Source: Octopus vulgaris
Lineage: Eukaryota
Assembly: GCA_951406725.2 (NCBI GenBank)
Contig: OX597824.1
Coordinates: forward strand, 54,126,001-54,190,000
Direction of reading: 5' to 3'
DNA length: 64,000 nt
In this document: piece by piece, positions 12,661 through 25,743 of the stretch
Layout of the letters: each line of letters starts with the position of its first letter
Position numbering within the stretch: position 1 is the first letter of the stretch
The notes under the pieces: generated by a model
Seen by the model: the letters and a program-made list of their open reading frames with translations, nothing else
Told to the model about the DNA's origin: nothing
The model's database searches: none
Position numbers and translations under genes: made by a program

Positions 12661-15600
12661 TTTATATCCTGGTGTTGGATTTATAATTTAATGAAGCAGG
12701 GACAAAATGTATTCACATGATGCACTACGATTATTGTTACATGAAGTTAAATGCTCTCTGCCAACAGCTTACAGTGAACCACTCACTATTGCTCACAGTA
12801 CTTTATTTTACAGCAATTTGTCAGTCCACTTTTAGTCACTTAGGGATGCTTGGAATCCTTCCACAACATCTCCCCTTTTTAGAATTAGTCTCCCTTAACT
12901 TCTCCCTGCTTGGAGTTTTAATATTTCTTACACTTAGGGTTCAATTTCAATGTTTCTGTTCTTTTCTGTTTTCTGGTGCTAGAACGTGTAGTTTCAAATT
13001 GTTTAGGTGTTAATACCTCAAACATGTCATACAATACTTCCATGGGGATTTCATTTCTCATGACTGTTTTTTCCATGAATCTTTTTTTGAAGTTGGTTAA
13101 TATCTCTTTTATATTTGACATTTTTCCCTTTTATCAGGAACAACATTCTTCCAATTTGTTTAATGGTTACACTGTCCTTCCAGCTTTCTTTACCATATCT
13201 TTAGGGTTTAAAAAAAAAACTTTGTCACCTAACTTGAAGAACTTTGAAGTATTTTTATTGTTTGCCTTTTTACTATTTTTACTCTGTATCAACATATCAA
13301 AAATGGATCTAATCTTTCTAGCAAACATCAGTTCTACAGGTGACATTCTAGATGGAGTATTCGGATTAGGTGTCATTCAGTATACTCTTAGAAATGATTG
13401 AAATACAAGGTCGTCCATTACTTCATTGCACTTTCCTGTATCACCTTTTTTAATGCCCTCTTGAAAGTGTCAACAAAACGTTCCACTTATCCATTTGACT
13501 TAGGGTGATATGGTGGAGTGGTGACTTGTTTGATGATGAACATTTTACAAAATTTCCTGAACTCATCTGAAGTAAATTGAGTTCCATTACCAGACACAAT
13601 GGTATCAGGAATCCCATATCTGGTGAGCAATTCATATAAAAAAAACTTACTGTAACCACAGATGTCAGCTTTTTACAGGCCACTTTGAAAAACTGTCCAC
13701 CAAAGGTAATATGAACTCTTAAGTGGACCTACATAATCAACATGCAGTCCAGACCATGGAATATCTGTTCTTGGCCATGGTTGCCATTTAGTGGTAGTTC
13801 TTCAATGTCACAGTCCATTGTTGACCAATATAAATAACTTCTCATTAGCGATTTCAGCCTTGAAATCCCTGGGTGACCAATGTGAAATTCCGTTAGTGTA
13901 TCGCTTCTGTAGTGTGGCTGGCACTACAACTCTTTGTGCATACATCAACATACTGTCACACATTGAGAATGGGTTCGAATTTGTATTGCACATACTTCTA
14001 TCTCTTTTAGCCTTCAGCATTTCTTTTATTTTTTTAATGAATTTATTGTTTTCTTGTTTTAATTTTATATCTTGTAATGTGACTGGCAGTTCATATATGA
14101 CGTTTCACAAAACATTTTTAATTTCATTTTCCGCTCACAACACAGCACTCACTGTATCTTCAAATGGTTCAGCATTTTTTGAAATCAGTCTTGATAAACA
14201 ATCAGCATGTCCCAATTTCTTAGATAGTATATACTCCATCTTAAAATCATAGCTTAATAATATAGTACCCCAGCATTGTAACCTATTAGTATGGGTAGGG
14301 ATTCTTTCCATTGACTCATATATAGATGATAATGGATGATGATCAGTCTGTAGTCAAAAACTTCTACCATGTAAAAATCTTAGAAATTTTTTATGGCAAA
14401 AGTAATCGCTAGAACTTCTTTTTCAATTTGGCTGTAATTTTGTTTTGCTGATAGAGAAAGTGAGGCATGAATCACCACCTTCAAGTTATCATCTTTATAT
14501 TTATGTAGCTTACTGCTCTGATACCGTACTCAGAGGAATCTGAAGCTACTACAATCTCCACTGCAGGATTGAAGTATGCTAGCAGAAAATCAGATGTTGA
14601 TATTTTTTAAATTTTGTCAAACACCTTCTGACAATTTTCAGACCAATTCTACTTTACATTATTTTTTAATAGATTACTTAGTGGAACTCTTACCTTATGC
14701 ATATTTGGAATATAATTTTGGTAATAATTTTCTAGTCCTAAAAAAGCTTGTAAGGTCACTATATTTGTTGGAGGGGGCATATTTTTAATTGTGTCTGCCT
14801 CCGACAGATCTGATTGACATCCATTTCTGTCAATGATTTGTCCTAAATATTTTATTTTTAGTGTTTTAAGACATTTGTTTTAAGACACTCTGATTTTATT
14901 ATTGTTTTTTTTTAACGTATACAGTTGGTGATGCCATTGACTATATTCCACTTTTTGGATAACTCTAATTTTTTCTAGTCTCTCTAAGTTTATCTGTTCC
15001 ATTCTGTGAATGGTATAGTTTTTTTGGTTTAAATACTGAATTGGTGTTTTCTTTTACTTGAAACTTCACCTTTGTTTTGGTGCACAGACCTAATTCCTCA
15101 GATGGAACCTCACAAAAAAAATCTTAAAAATTGTTTTTTTTAATTCATCTGATGACTTGTTTGTACTAGTGGAAAAACCATTCACATTTTTACAGAAAAG
15201 ATTCATTGGGAGATCCCATAAGTTAAATAATTCCGTCCAGTCTGTTTCAAATAAATTTGACATATTATTAAACACAAAATCTTTGGCTTCTAAGGTTTTT
15301 CCACGAAATGCAATGTCATTAATCTTTTTACCCTTAAAATGTCATTTTTTTCCTGAAACACTATGTGCAATTTTCAAATTTTATTTTAATTTAAGTCTCC
15401 CAATTTTTTCCCATGTATCTGTGGTAGCTATCAAGATATTACTGCCCATATCCAATCGTAGCTTTATGTATGTGTTATTAATTTTTACATACACAAATTT
15501 CCTTTGAGACTCATTTGTATTTCTTGTCAACGATGACCTGTTTGTGTGATTTTCTCTGTTGGACTGTGTGATTTTTAGGACCTATCTTACCACACTTGAA

Positions 15601-16503
15601 GCATTTTATATATAATCCTTGGGGATTCTTCTGCTACTGCCTGTAGAGTTAATTTTTGGTCCTGTTCTAATTTTGTTGATATCCAGGAATGTATATCTCC
15701 AACTTTGCTTGCAGTTTGCCCTTGAACAAATTAGACATTTGAATATGTCCAGGGTTAATTCATTTAGTTTGAATTTTTTGCACTCCCTGTTAACAACTCC
15801 AACATCATCTTCATCATCTTTTTTGACCAAATTTAAACACTGCCAGTGAGTATTGAACACGGAACTTCTTTTGCCGAAAATTTTCAATAAAAAATTCTTT
15901 TAGTGTTTGGCAGGGGATAATTTTCTTAAAAATAGTTGTACTTTCTTCTCATTAGACCAATTTTTACATTCTCCTCTGAAGATTTCTTTGTATCTTCAAA
16001 AATATGCAGAGAAGGTAATCCCTTCTTTTGGTTTATTGCTGAATTTTTCAATTGAATTTGCTTTGCTGTCTGGCAAGTAAGAACCTGGAGTATTTTCAGA
16101 CTTCATCAACATTAATTCCAGCAACTGTTGGTTTTGTTGTTGTTGCCATCGTAGTTGCTGTGACAGCAGCTGTTGTCATTGCAACTGCACTACAGAGGCC
16201 AATAAGTCCTCCATTTTAAATGATTTTTCTTTGGTTTGGTACCAAAAGAAAAATATTTTAATTGTCCAACACAAGCTTCAAACAACTCGTCACCACTTTT
16301 ATATCCTGGTGTTGGATATATATAATTTAACAAAGCAAGGGGAAAGAAAGTATCACATGATGCACTATGATTTCTGTTACATGAAGTTAAATGCTCTCTG
16401 CCAATGGCTCTCAGTGAACTGCTCACTATTGCTCACAGTACTTATTTTATAACAATATATCAGTCCACTTTTAGCCACTTGGTGTTGGAATCCTTCCACA
16501 ACA
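12661..16503 (-). mobile_element. Decayed Ty3/Gypsy LTR retrotransposon, copy 1
   Basis: LTRs ~12661-12868 and ~16297-16503 starting TGTTGTGG; PBS TGGTGACGAG 16286-16295; PPT AAAAAGGGGAGA 12869-12880; CTTTC on both flanks; gag, protease, RNase H and integrase fragments (SPVELMFARKIR). Confidence 0.9.
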
Positions 16504-16559
16504 CTTTCAATGGATCAACCAGAGCAATGAAACATATTCTCTAACCAATGCAATAAATA

Positions 16560-17385
16560 AACTTTTTCAAATTTTATATTGATCGAAATTTGCTAATGCA
16601 GACTATAACCAGTTTCCTTGGATTCCTGATGGGTAGAGAAATGACTTGTAAGGCTTATACAAGCCATGAACAGAGGTACAGGTTAGAGTCTACAATGAGT
16701 GCAGCAATGAATTTAGCATGTAAGTAGTGATGCATCTGAGCTCACATCTCAACTAACTCCTTCCTGTTTATTATAGTCTGCCAAGCCATAACAAAGGAAT
16801 TTAAAACATTGTCCTTAAATTTAATAATTTAAAAGATATTGCATGTATTTTCATACATGCAGTAAAGACAACCACTGCACCTACAGTGTTATGTGACATC
16901 TTGATTGAATGTGCATATATATATATATATTATATGCTTGAACAATGTTGGTTCTAGCTGTGTGTGTCATTTGTCAATCAAGTAAACTATACTCATATGT
17001 AAACCTGCCTGTGAAGATAGATATCAATGTCTGTGTGAGTGAACATTTGGAAATCATAATATAAAGATAGATTTCCACTAGAAGTTTCAGGATCTATATG
17101 AAGTACAAAGAATACATACCTGAATTTAGTTGAAGCCATATTCTAAAGACTGTGTCAATAATGAAGATCAAGCAATAATTTGTCAAATAATTGCATGTAG
17201 TACTGCGGTTCTGTGATAAGAAGTCACCCACATCAAACTAGTACCCAAAACAAAATTACTCTGACCATATATTACATGTATGTACATTAAAATATGTAGG
17301 GAGGGTGTTGAAATGTAGCAAAGAGGTTTTGAAAAAATGTTAGTAAAAAAAAAGTGGTAGTTTAAAAAATTTGAGAAATACTGCT
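16560..17385 (+). mobile_element. Possible hAT (Charlie-like) transposon relic
   Basis: Ends in aaaatttgagaaatactg, similar to the hAT MITE TIR at 18658; faint C-terminal transposase-like translation. Confidence 0.35.
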
Positions 17386-17419
17386 TTAGAGGAATCTAAA
17401 GATGTTATCATTCCCAACT

Positions 17420-17900
17420 ACACTGCTTCATATATTGTTAATCATGATGTAGTCTTAAGATCATATTTTTTATTATTGTTCTGAAAATTCCTGGTAGCAC
17501 CACACCCTGCTCCATTGCCAGAATGAAACCCATCTGTAAAAATGACCCAGTTGTTAAAACAGTTTAAATGAGCAACACTATTATGATATTTTGCTTTCTC
17601 TTTTTTTTTATTTGAAGGATTATAACTTCTATTTTTATAGGTAGCAAATTTCATATTGCTTTCTTTTCTGCTTAAAGTACATCAGTAGCAGTTTGCTCTT
17701 CCTAAATTCTTCTGTCACAGGTAAGCAAGAGTTTATCTAGTTTCATGAAAAACAGTTATTATGTGGGGAGATTTTAAGTAATCTAATATATTTCTTTCCA
17801 GTTGAGCATGGAATTTTTCCAATAGCTCCTTGTTTATGCTTGATTGAGAAAAGCGTTCCAGCTGTGAGAATCTTATCTTTTTGTTCAGGCATATCTAGAA
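17420..17900 (-). mobile_element. LINE relic with RNase H N-terminus
   Basis: WVIFTDGFHSGNGAGCGA resembles the IYTDGS..G.G.G RNase HI motif of non-LTR elements. Confidence 0.5.
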
Positions 17901-18001
17901 CTGCATTCTAGATATTAAAGACTGGGGCTTTATATATATGTATGTACATGTATGTGTGTATTTACATATATTTATTAATAAAATACCAAAAACATGGTGC
18001 T

Positions 18002-18104
<103 letters not shown>

Positions 18105-18431
18105 CCTTTGTATCTCTGTTTGTTCCCAATGCATTCTCAAATGGCCCAACCAAATCTAATCTAATTTTATATGTTAATGCTATGAGACCCCAGGAGTGTC
18201 AACATGTAATTTGTTTGGATTAATTTACACTGCATACAAAAATAGAGACATACTATATACAGTACATTATTAAACACATACACATCTACACCTACATACC
18301 TGACAACTGACATGTGTGAAGTGTCAATATGAAATTTTATTTACATTACCTTTTTTTTTTTAAGTCAATAGAGTGTAATTTAAGAGAATTGACTGCTATT
18401 TATAGCAGGTTTCAACTGCATTAACTTATTC

Positions 18432-18671
18432 CAGTGGTTCTCAACCATTTTTTACCTGTGGACCCTTTTGCTTCCTATTTTTCTCAACAAAAGCCCCTAG
18501 CTTGTCAATGTTTAAATTTTTTTTTTTTTTCATAATTAACTATTATTAGGAATTGTATTTAAAAAATTGCAAAGATATAGTGTGTATTGTAGAAGTATAA
18601 TCAAATAATCAATGTACTTCATATAAAATTTAAGGACAAAATCTTTTATGGACAGCAGTTGAGAATCACAG
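18432..18671. mobile_element. hAT-type MITE
   Basis: TIRs CAGTGGTTCTCAAC / GTTGAGAATCACAG; 8-bp flanks ACTTATTC / ACCTATTC (TSD with 1 mismatch). Confidence 0.8.
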
Positions 18672-18959
18672 ACCTATTCCTATTGTTGGTTGTGGCAACA
18701 CTGAAATATTTGTATTGTGATTTTTTTGTACAGAGTTTAAACTCCCACTACCACCACTACTTGTGCATCTGGGGGATATCAGTGGGAAACAATTCTTGAA
18801 TATTGAATTAATATATAAAGACTAGGGCTTGTGAGTTCCAACCCTTTCGAAATGAATACATGCATCTTTATATATATATATATATATATATGTACATATG
18901 CGTGTGTGTGTATTTACATATATTTATTAATAAAATACCAAAAACATGGTGTTTCCTAT

Positions 18960-19019
<60 letters not shown>

Positions 19020-19030
19020 TATATAGAAGG

Positions 19031-19081
19031 AGCTTCTACAGGACTAGAACTGTTTCATTCAAAAGAAATCACCAGGAAGCT
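19031..19081 (-). ncRNA. Hammerhead copy with mutated core (CTGGTGA), probably inactive
   Basis: Inverted copy of 25744-25794 with an A>G change in the CUGANGA box. Confidence 0.7.
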
Positions 19082-19375
19082 AGTAGACAAGAGTTGTTTT
19101 GGCATTTATACATTTAGGCAGGTTTAAATGGGTGGTGGTGGGGGACTTTTTTGGGGGTTGGCATGGCGCAAAACTGTCATTATTAGGGGAGTGGTCAAAG
19201 GAATCGGTGGTAAAGTAGATAAAAGAATAAATAAAAGAATAAAAGAATAAATAGAAAAATAGAGTTTTAGTTAAGTAAGGAGACTCTCACTTGTACATCT
19301 ACATATATATATATATATATATATACCCACATATTCACATATATCTATATATGTACATGCATACCCATATATACA

Positions 19376-21506
19376 TCATCATCATCATCATCATCGTTTA
19401 GCGTCCGTTTTCCATGCTAGCATGGGTTGGACGGTTCTACTGGGGTCTGTGAAGCCAGAAGGCTTCATCAGGCCCAGTCAAATCTGGCAGTGTTTCTACG
19501 GCTGGATGCCCTTCCTAACACCAACCACTCCGTGAGTGTAGTGGGTGCTTTTTACGTGCCACCCGCACAGGTGCCAGACAGAGCTGGCAAACGGCCACGA
19601 ACGGATGGTGCTTTTTATGTGCCACCGGCACAAGGGCCAGGCGAGGCTGGCAACGGACACGAAACGGGGCGGTGCTGGCAACGGTCGCGAAACGGAAGGT
19701 TCTTTTACATGCCACCAGCACTGGTAACACATCTGCAACTTCCATTGATCGATTTCCATTCTGATCCTCACTTGCCTCAACGGGTCTTCACAAGTAGAGT
19801 TTCGACATGCCACCGGCACTGGTAACACATCTGCAATTTCCATTGATCGATTTCCATTTCTGATCCTCACTTGCCTCAACGGGTCTTCACAAGTAGAGTA
19901 TCGACATGCCACCGGCACTGGTAACACATCTGCAATTTCCATTGATCGATTTCGATTCTGATCCTCACTTGCCTCAACAGGTCTTCACAAGTAGAGTTTT
20001 GTGTCCCAAGAAGGGAAGGTATGCATACGTTGGCTGGCTCCATCCCACGTAGAAGGCCACGGGTTATGGACTCACTTGTCCTGCCGGGTATTCTCGCGCA
20101 CAGCACACTTCCAGAGGACTCGGTCTCTAGTCATTTCCTCAGTGAGACCTAAAGTTCGAAGGTCGTGCTTCACCACCTCGTCCCAGGTTTTCTTGGGTCT
20201 GCCTCTTCCACAGGTTCCCTCAACCGCTAGGGTGTGGCACTTTTTCACACAACTATCTTCATCCATTCTCGCCACATGACCATACCAGCGCAATCGTCTC
20301 TCTTGCGCACCACAACTGATGCTTCTTAGGTCCAGCTTTTCTCTCAAGGTACTTACACTCTGTCGATTATGAACACTGACATTACACATCCATCGGAGCA
20401 TACTGGCTTCATTTCTTGCGAGCTTACGCATATCCTCAGCAGTCACGGCCCATGTTTCACTGCCATGTAGCATGGCTGTTCGTACACACGCATCATACAG
20501 TCTGCCTTTCACTCTGTGCGAGAGGCCTTTTGTCACCAGCAGAGGTAAGAGCTCTCTGAACTTTGCCCAAGCTATTCTTACTCTAGCAGTTACACTTTCA
20601 GCACACCCGCCCCCGCTGCTGACTTGGTCACCTAGGTAACGGAAACTATCAACTATTTCTAGTTTTTCTCCCTGGAAAGTGACGGAAGTTGGTCTCAGAG
20701 CATTTTCAGTGTTTATTGTTCCTGAGCATCTGCCACATACAAAAACCATCTTCCTAGTTAGCCTTCCTTTGACATTGCTGCACCTCTTATGTGTCCATAG
20801 CTTACACTTGGTGCATCTTATAGAGTTTCTACCTACACCTTTTCTACAGATCGAGCAGGGCCATCTACCTGAAGGCGTTTGTGATTTGTCTACCTTCCTA
20901 CTGATTACGACTTTGGTTTTAGCTAGATTGACTCTGAGGCCCTTCGATTCTAATCCTTGTTTCCACACCTGAAACTTCTCCTCCAGTTCTGATAGCGACT
21001 CATCAATTAGAGCAAGGTCATCAACATAGAGGAGCTCCCAAGGGCATCCTGTCTTGAATTCCTCCGTTATTGCCTGGAGGACTATGATAAATAGGAGGGG
21101 GCTGAGTACTGAGCCTTGGTGGACCCCTACCTCTACCCGGAATTCTTCACTGTACTCGTTTCCAAACCTCACCCTACTAGCAGCGTCCCTATACATGGCC
21201 CGCACAGCTCTCACTAACCATTCATCTATCCCTAGTTTCCTCATTGCCCACCAGATAAGGGATCGGGGGACCCTGTCGAAGGCTTTCTCCATGTCAACAA
21301 AAGCCAGGTACAGGGGCTTATCTTTGGCTAGGTATTTCTCCTGCAGCTGCCTTACCAGGAATATAGCATCAGTAGTACTTTTCCCTGGCACAAACCCAAA
21401 CTGCATCTCATCTAAACTAACTCTCTCTCTAATTAGTTGGGCTATGACCCTCTCCGTAACCTTCATCACCTGATCCAACAGCTTGATACCTCTGTAGTTA
21501 TTTGAC
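19376..21506 (-). mobile_element. 5'-truncated young RTE-clade LINE with (GAT)n tail
   Basis: (CAT)n at 19376-19395, 3' UTR, open RT frame; the host Penelope arm resumes at ~21507. Confidence 0.93.
20072..21478 (-). CDS. RTE reverse transcriptase (N-truncated) containing a PHD finger
   Basis: QFGF, FVDMEKAFDRV, GVHQGSVLSP, YVDD, FRYLG, RLRWYGHV; C4HC3 motif at 20726-20857. Confidence 0.9.
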   Translation of the reverse strand: MDQVMKVTERVIAQLIRERVSLDEMQFGFVPGKSTTDAIFLVRQLQEKYLAKDKPLYLAFVDMEKAFDRVPRSLIWWAMRKLGIDEWLVRAVRAMYRDAASRVRFGNEYSEEFRVEVGVHQGSVLSPLLFIIVLQAITEEFKTGCPWELLYVDDLALIDESLSELEEKFQVWKQGLESKGLRVNLAKTKVVISRKVDKSQTPSGRWPCSICRKGVGRNSIRCTKCKLWTHKRCSNVKGRLTRKMVFVCGRCSGTINTENALRPTSVTFQGEKLEIVDSFRYLGDQVSSGGGCAESVTARVRIAWAKFRELLPLLVTKGLSHRVKGRLYDACVRTAMLHGSETWAVTAEDMRKLARNEASMLRWMCNVSVHNRQSVSTLREKLDLRSISCGAQERRLRWYGHVARMDEDSCVKKCHTLAVEGTCGRGRPKKTWDEVVKHDLRTLGLTEEMTRDRVLWKCAVRENTRQDK

Positions 21507-22559
21507 TACATACATACATATACACACACATACATATACATATATATATACATATATATACATATATATACACATACCCATGTACATACACACAAATACA
21601 CATATACATACATATATATACATATATGTATACACACTCGCACATATATATACATACACACATATATAGACATGCATATACATGCACACACATACACACA
21701 CATTTTTATTCCCTTATTTTAATTTTATTATTACTTTTGTTTATATCTTTATTTTTATCTTGACTGCGGTCAGCCGGTCTCAAGGGATGATCTAAAGAAT
21801 CCGTTTATCTATCTACTCACTGATACGAACGCAAGCACTCACTCACGCCCACACGCTCACACGTACACTCGTACTCATACACACACTCACGTGTTATATT
21901 CATACACACATACATCTACATACATTCACGTATATTCACATACGTACACGTACCTACTGATTCATATCTACACGCATACACATACATACCTCAATACACC
22001 CACAGAAGACTAGTCCATACATATACACTAATAAATATATATACACATATACACATACACATACATACACATACATACATATACATACACATATACATAT
22101 ATATATACATATATATACGTATACATATACATACACATATACATTCATACATATATACACATACACATATATATATATATATATATATGCGTACACATAC
22201 ACACACACACATGCGCATCTATATATACACATAAGTACATACATGCATAAATGTATACATATGTCTATACATATGCATACACATCCACACACACACGCGC
22301 CTCCTTATGTTCATAAATACATACATGCATACAGGCATATACATATATACATACATGCATACTCAAATAATAATAATAAATATATATACGTGCAGTTACC
22401 CATTATACAGACGGATACATACATATAAACATCCCCATATATACTTATTTACACATATGTATATATACATACATACATACACACATAACTCTACATACCT
22501 ACATATACGTAAACACACAAGCGTACACATATATATATATATACATACATATATATATA

Positions 22560-22948
22560 TACTAGCAGTATCGCCCGGCGTTGCTCAGGTTTGTAAGGGA
22601 AATAACTATAAAGCATTTTTAGAGAGTTATAGCCAAAAAATAGCAAAAAAACGGAAAAAAATGATGGTAAATATTTTTTTGAGATTTAAAAAAGGTGGAG
22701 TTGCATCCCCTAGATAGTTTGTGGTTCGTGCTTCTGATTCTCGACCCCATGTCGAATTTATCGATTTTTTTCAGAACTGGGGGAACTTTTCAAAATTTTC
22801 GCTGCGTTAGTTTTGAATTATGACATTGGGCTATGTGTGTGTCAAGTTTCATCAGAATCGGTTGAAAGCCGTGGTCAGGGTGAGGGTACAAGCAAACAGA
22901 CACACAGAAACACGCACAGACAAACTGCCGTTTATATATAGAGAGATA
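22560..22948. mobile_element. Non-autonomous Helitron/Helentron-like (DINE-1/Lep1-style) element
   Basis: Starts actagcagtatcgcccggcgttgctc; aagtttcatcagaatcgg; ACAG-rich 3' region; ends tttatatatagagagat; inserted in (TA)n. Confidence 0.55.
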
Positions 22949-23055
22949 TATATCTATATACATATACACATATACATACACACACATACACACACATATA
23001 TATACATTTACACACACATTTACACATATATATACACATACATATACACATACAT

Positions 23056-23098
<43 letters not shown>

Positions 23099-23394
23099 AG
23101 CACATACATGCATAAATGTATACATATGTTTATACAAATGCATGCACATACACACACTCACGCGCTTCCTTATATACATAAATACATACATACATACAAA
23201 CGCATACTCATGTAATAAATAATGAATAATAAATAATAGATATATATACACATGCAGTTACCCTTTATACAGATGGAAACATACATATAAACATACACGT
23301 ATATACCTATCTACACATATGTATATATACATACATACATGCACATACACATAACTCTACATACTTACATATACATAAACACACGAGCGTACAC

Positions 23395-23425
<31 letters not shown>

Positions 23426-23496
23426 TATACATACATACACATACATACACACACATATACACATATATATATACATACATATACATACATACACAC

Positions 23497-23545
<49 letters not shown>

Positions 23546-23778
23546 AATATATAAAAAACCACACTCATACACATACACATGTACATACACATACACATAC
23601 ATATACACGCACTCACATACATGCGTATATTCCTACTAACACCCATTCATTTCTATACATATATACAGTACATATATACAAGTGTACATATACAATATGT
23701 GAATAGTCTTAGGAGGAAAGTTAATCGGGGGTGCTGGGGGAACGGTGGGGTTGGGGGGTTTTTGTGGGTGGGGTGTCG

Positions 23779-25116
23779 TCAATCGGGTTGCCGGGTGGGT
23801 CTATAGTTCTTGTAGTTTGCATAAATTTTATGCATGCAATTTGGGGAGTGTTCTGAGATCTTGTTGAGGAGATGGCCTTTGGCGAACAAGATCTCTAGGC
23901 TCTCGGAAATGCAAAGGTCACAGCAGGTATGGCCTCCTGTGTACGAACGCACCTTCTGTAGTAGTCTCCACTTGATCTTGAAGGGGATGGAGTTCCTTTT
24001 AAGGTACCAGATGTGGGCGGCGAGGGTAGTTTGGTTGGATTTATCAGGTCGCCAGAACGAGTGTGTGTGGGCGTACCAGCGGGTCTTAAAGCTGTTTGAC
24101 GTCATTCCGATGTACGATTTTCTTTTATCATCGGGGCCTGATCGTACCTCGCATGTATAGACGAGGTCCCTCTGTAGGCAGTTGTTGTTGAGGGGGCAGG
24201 TGGTTTTATCAGGGCAGTTGCAATTGCTATCGGATGTTGGATGGGCCTCGGAAAAAGTAGATATATTAAGTTTTTTCACGTTATTGTTGGCTAGGTTCCT
24301 GGCTAGATTGGGCGTGGTAGAGTAGGAGAGTCTAATGGTGTTCTTATTTAGGATAGTATAGTACTTATGTTGGGTGGGGAAGTGTTTCTGTAGGAGAGTG
24401 AAGAAGATTTTAGCTACAGGTGTAGCGACCTCACGGTTGAAGGGGGGGTTGTACCAGCTAATGTGTCTTCGCCTATTTTTCCTGGGTTAGCGTGGGGCTA
24501 TACTAGTATAGGTGATGTTATCTTTAAAGCCACTGCGGGCCAGGGCCTCGTTGTAATAGGGGGCTGCGGCATTAAAGATATCTTCAGTAGCAGACAGGCT
24601 AGATATTCTAATTGAGACACTTTTTACTAGGTTGTCTAATATATTTTTGGGGTGGTTGGAATTAATGTCTATATATCTAAGGGATTCATTTGGTTTGTGG
24701 TACGGGTAATAAAGTGAGGTTTTTAAGTCGAGGGTAACGTCAAGGAAGTTAGCTTTGGTTAAGTTGGATTCTAAGGTAATCCTAAGGCCTAAGTTTTTAA
24801 AAAAAGTGTAAAGATTTTTCCGGAACCCATCCGTGGTCCTGGGGTTTATTTTGCGGAGGGCAAAAAGGCCATCATCGCGGTAAAGACCACCGGAGAGGCC
24901 TGTGAATAGGGTCTTCAGCCTATGGAGGATGAAAAGGCCCACAAGGTCACTTATTTCAGCCGAGTCGCTAGCACCCATGCTGACGTCGAAGGGGGTCACA
25001 GATTTTTTGTTGATCCAGTGGGATCCGTCGTGGAAAAGAAAAGTCTTACGTGCGTGGAGGATCACATCTTGCTCGGCCTCGGTGATGGTGGAGGACTTCC
25101 TAGCGAAGATTAACTT
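23779..25116 (-). pseudogene. 5'-truncated Penelope-like RT + GIY-YIG ORF with one in-frame TAA
   Basis: ORFs 24487-25065 (MGAS, GLYRDDG) and 23779-24279 (CNC..CP, LVY..YIG, CDLC) share a frame; the linker reads APR*PRKNRRRHISWYNPPF...RLSYSTTPN. Confidence 0.9.
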
Positions 25117-25743
25117 CGTGTGAGTGTGTGGGCGTGAGTTAGTGCTTGCGTTCGTATCAGTGAGTAGATAGATAAACGGATTCTTTAGATCAACCCTTGA
25201 GACCGGCTGACCGCGATCAAGATAAAAATAAAGATATAAACAAAAGTAATAATAAAATTAAAATAAGGGAATAAAAATGTGTGTGTATGCGTGTGCATGT
25301 ATATGCATGTCTATATATGTGTGTATGTATATATATGTGCGAGTGTGTATACATATATGTATATATATGTATGTATATGTGTATTTGTGTGTATGTACAT
25401 GGGTATGTGTATATATATGTATATATATGTATATGTATGTGTGTGTATATATATGTATGTATATATGGGTATGCATGTACATATATAGATATATGTGAAT
25501 ATGTGGGTATATATATATATATATATATATGTAGATGTACAAGTGAGAGTCTCCTTACTTAACTAAAACTCTATTTTTCTATTTATTCTTTTATTTATTC
25601 TTTTATCTACTTTACCACCGATTCCTTTGACCACTCCCCTAATAATGACAGTTTTGCGCCATGCCTACCCCCAAAAAAGTCCCCCACCACCACCCATTTA
25701 AACCTGCCTAAATGTATAAATGCCAAAACAACTCTTGTCTACT

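Noticed and set aside
19765-19796. GTGAAGA-stem-CAAG (minus) as hammerhead or SECIS
   Set aside because: No CUGA/GAAA core, and too short for a SECIS helix II plus apical AAR
24487-24489. Selenocysteine recoding in the Naiad-like ORF
   Set aside because: The stop is TAA, not TGA, and is not at a conserved Cys position; the 1071-aa ORF has no internal TGA
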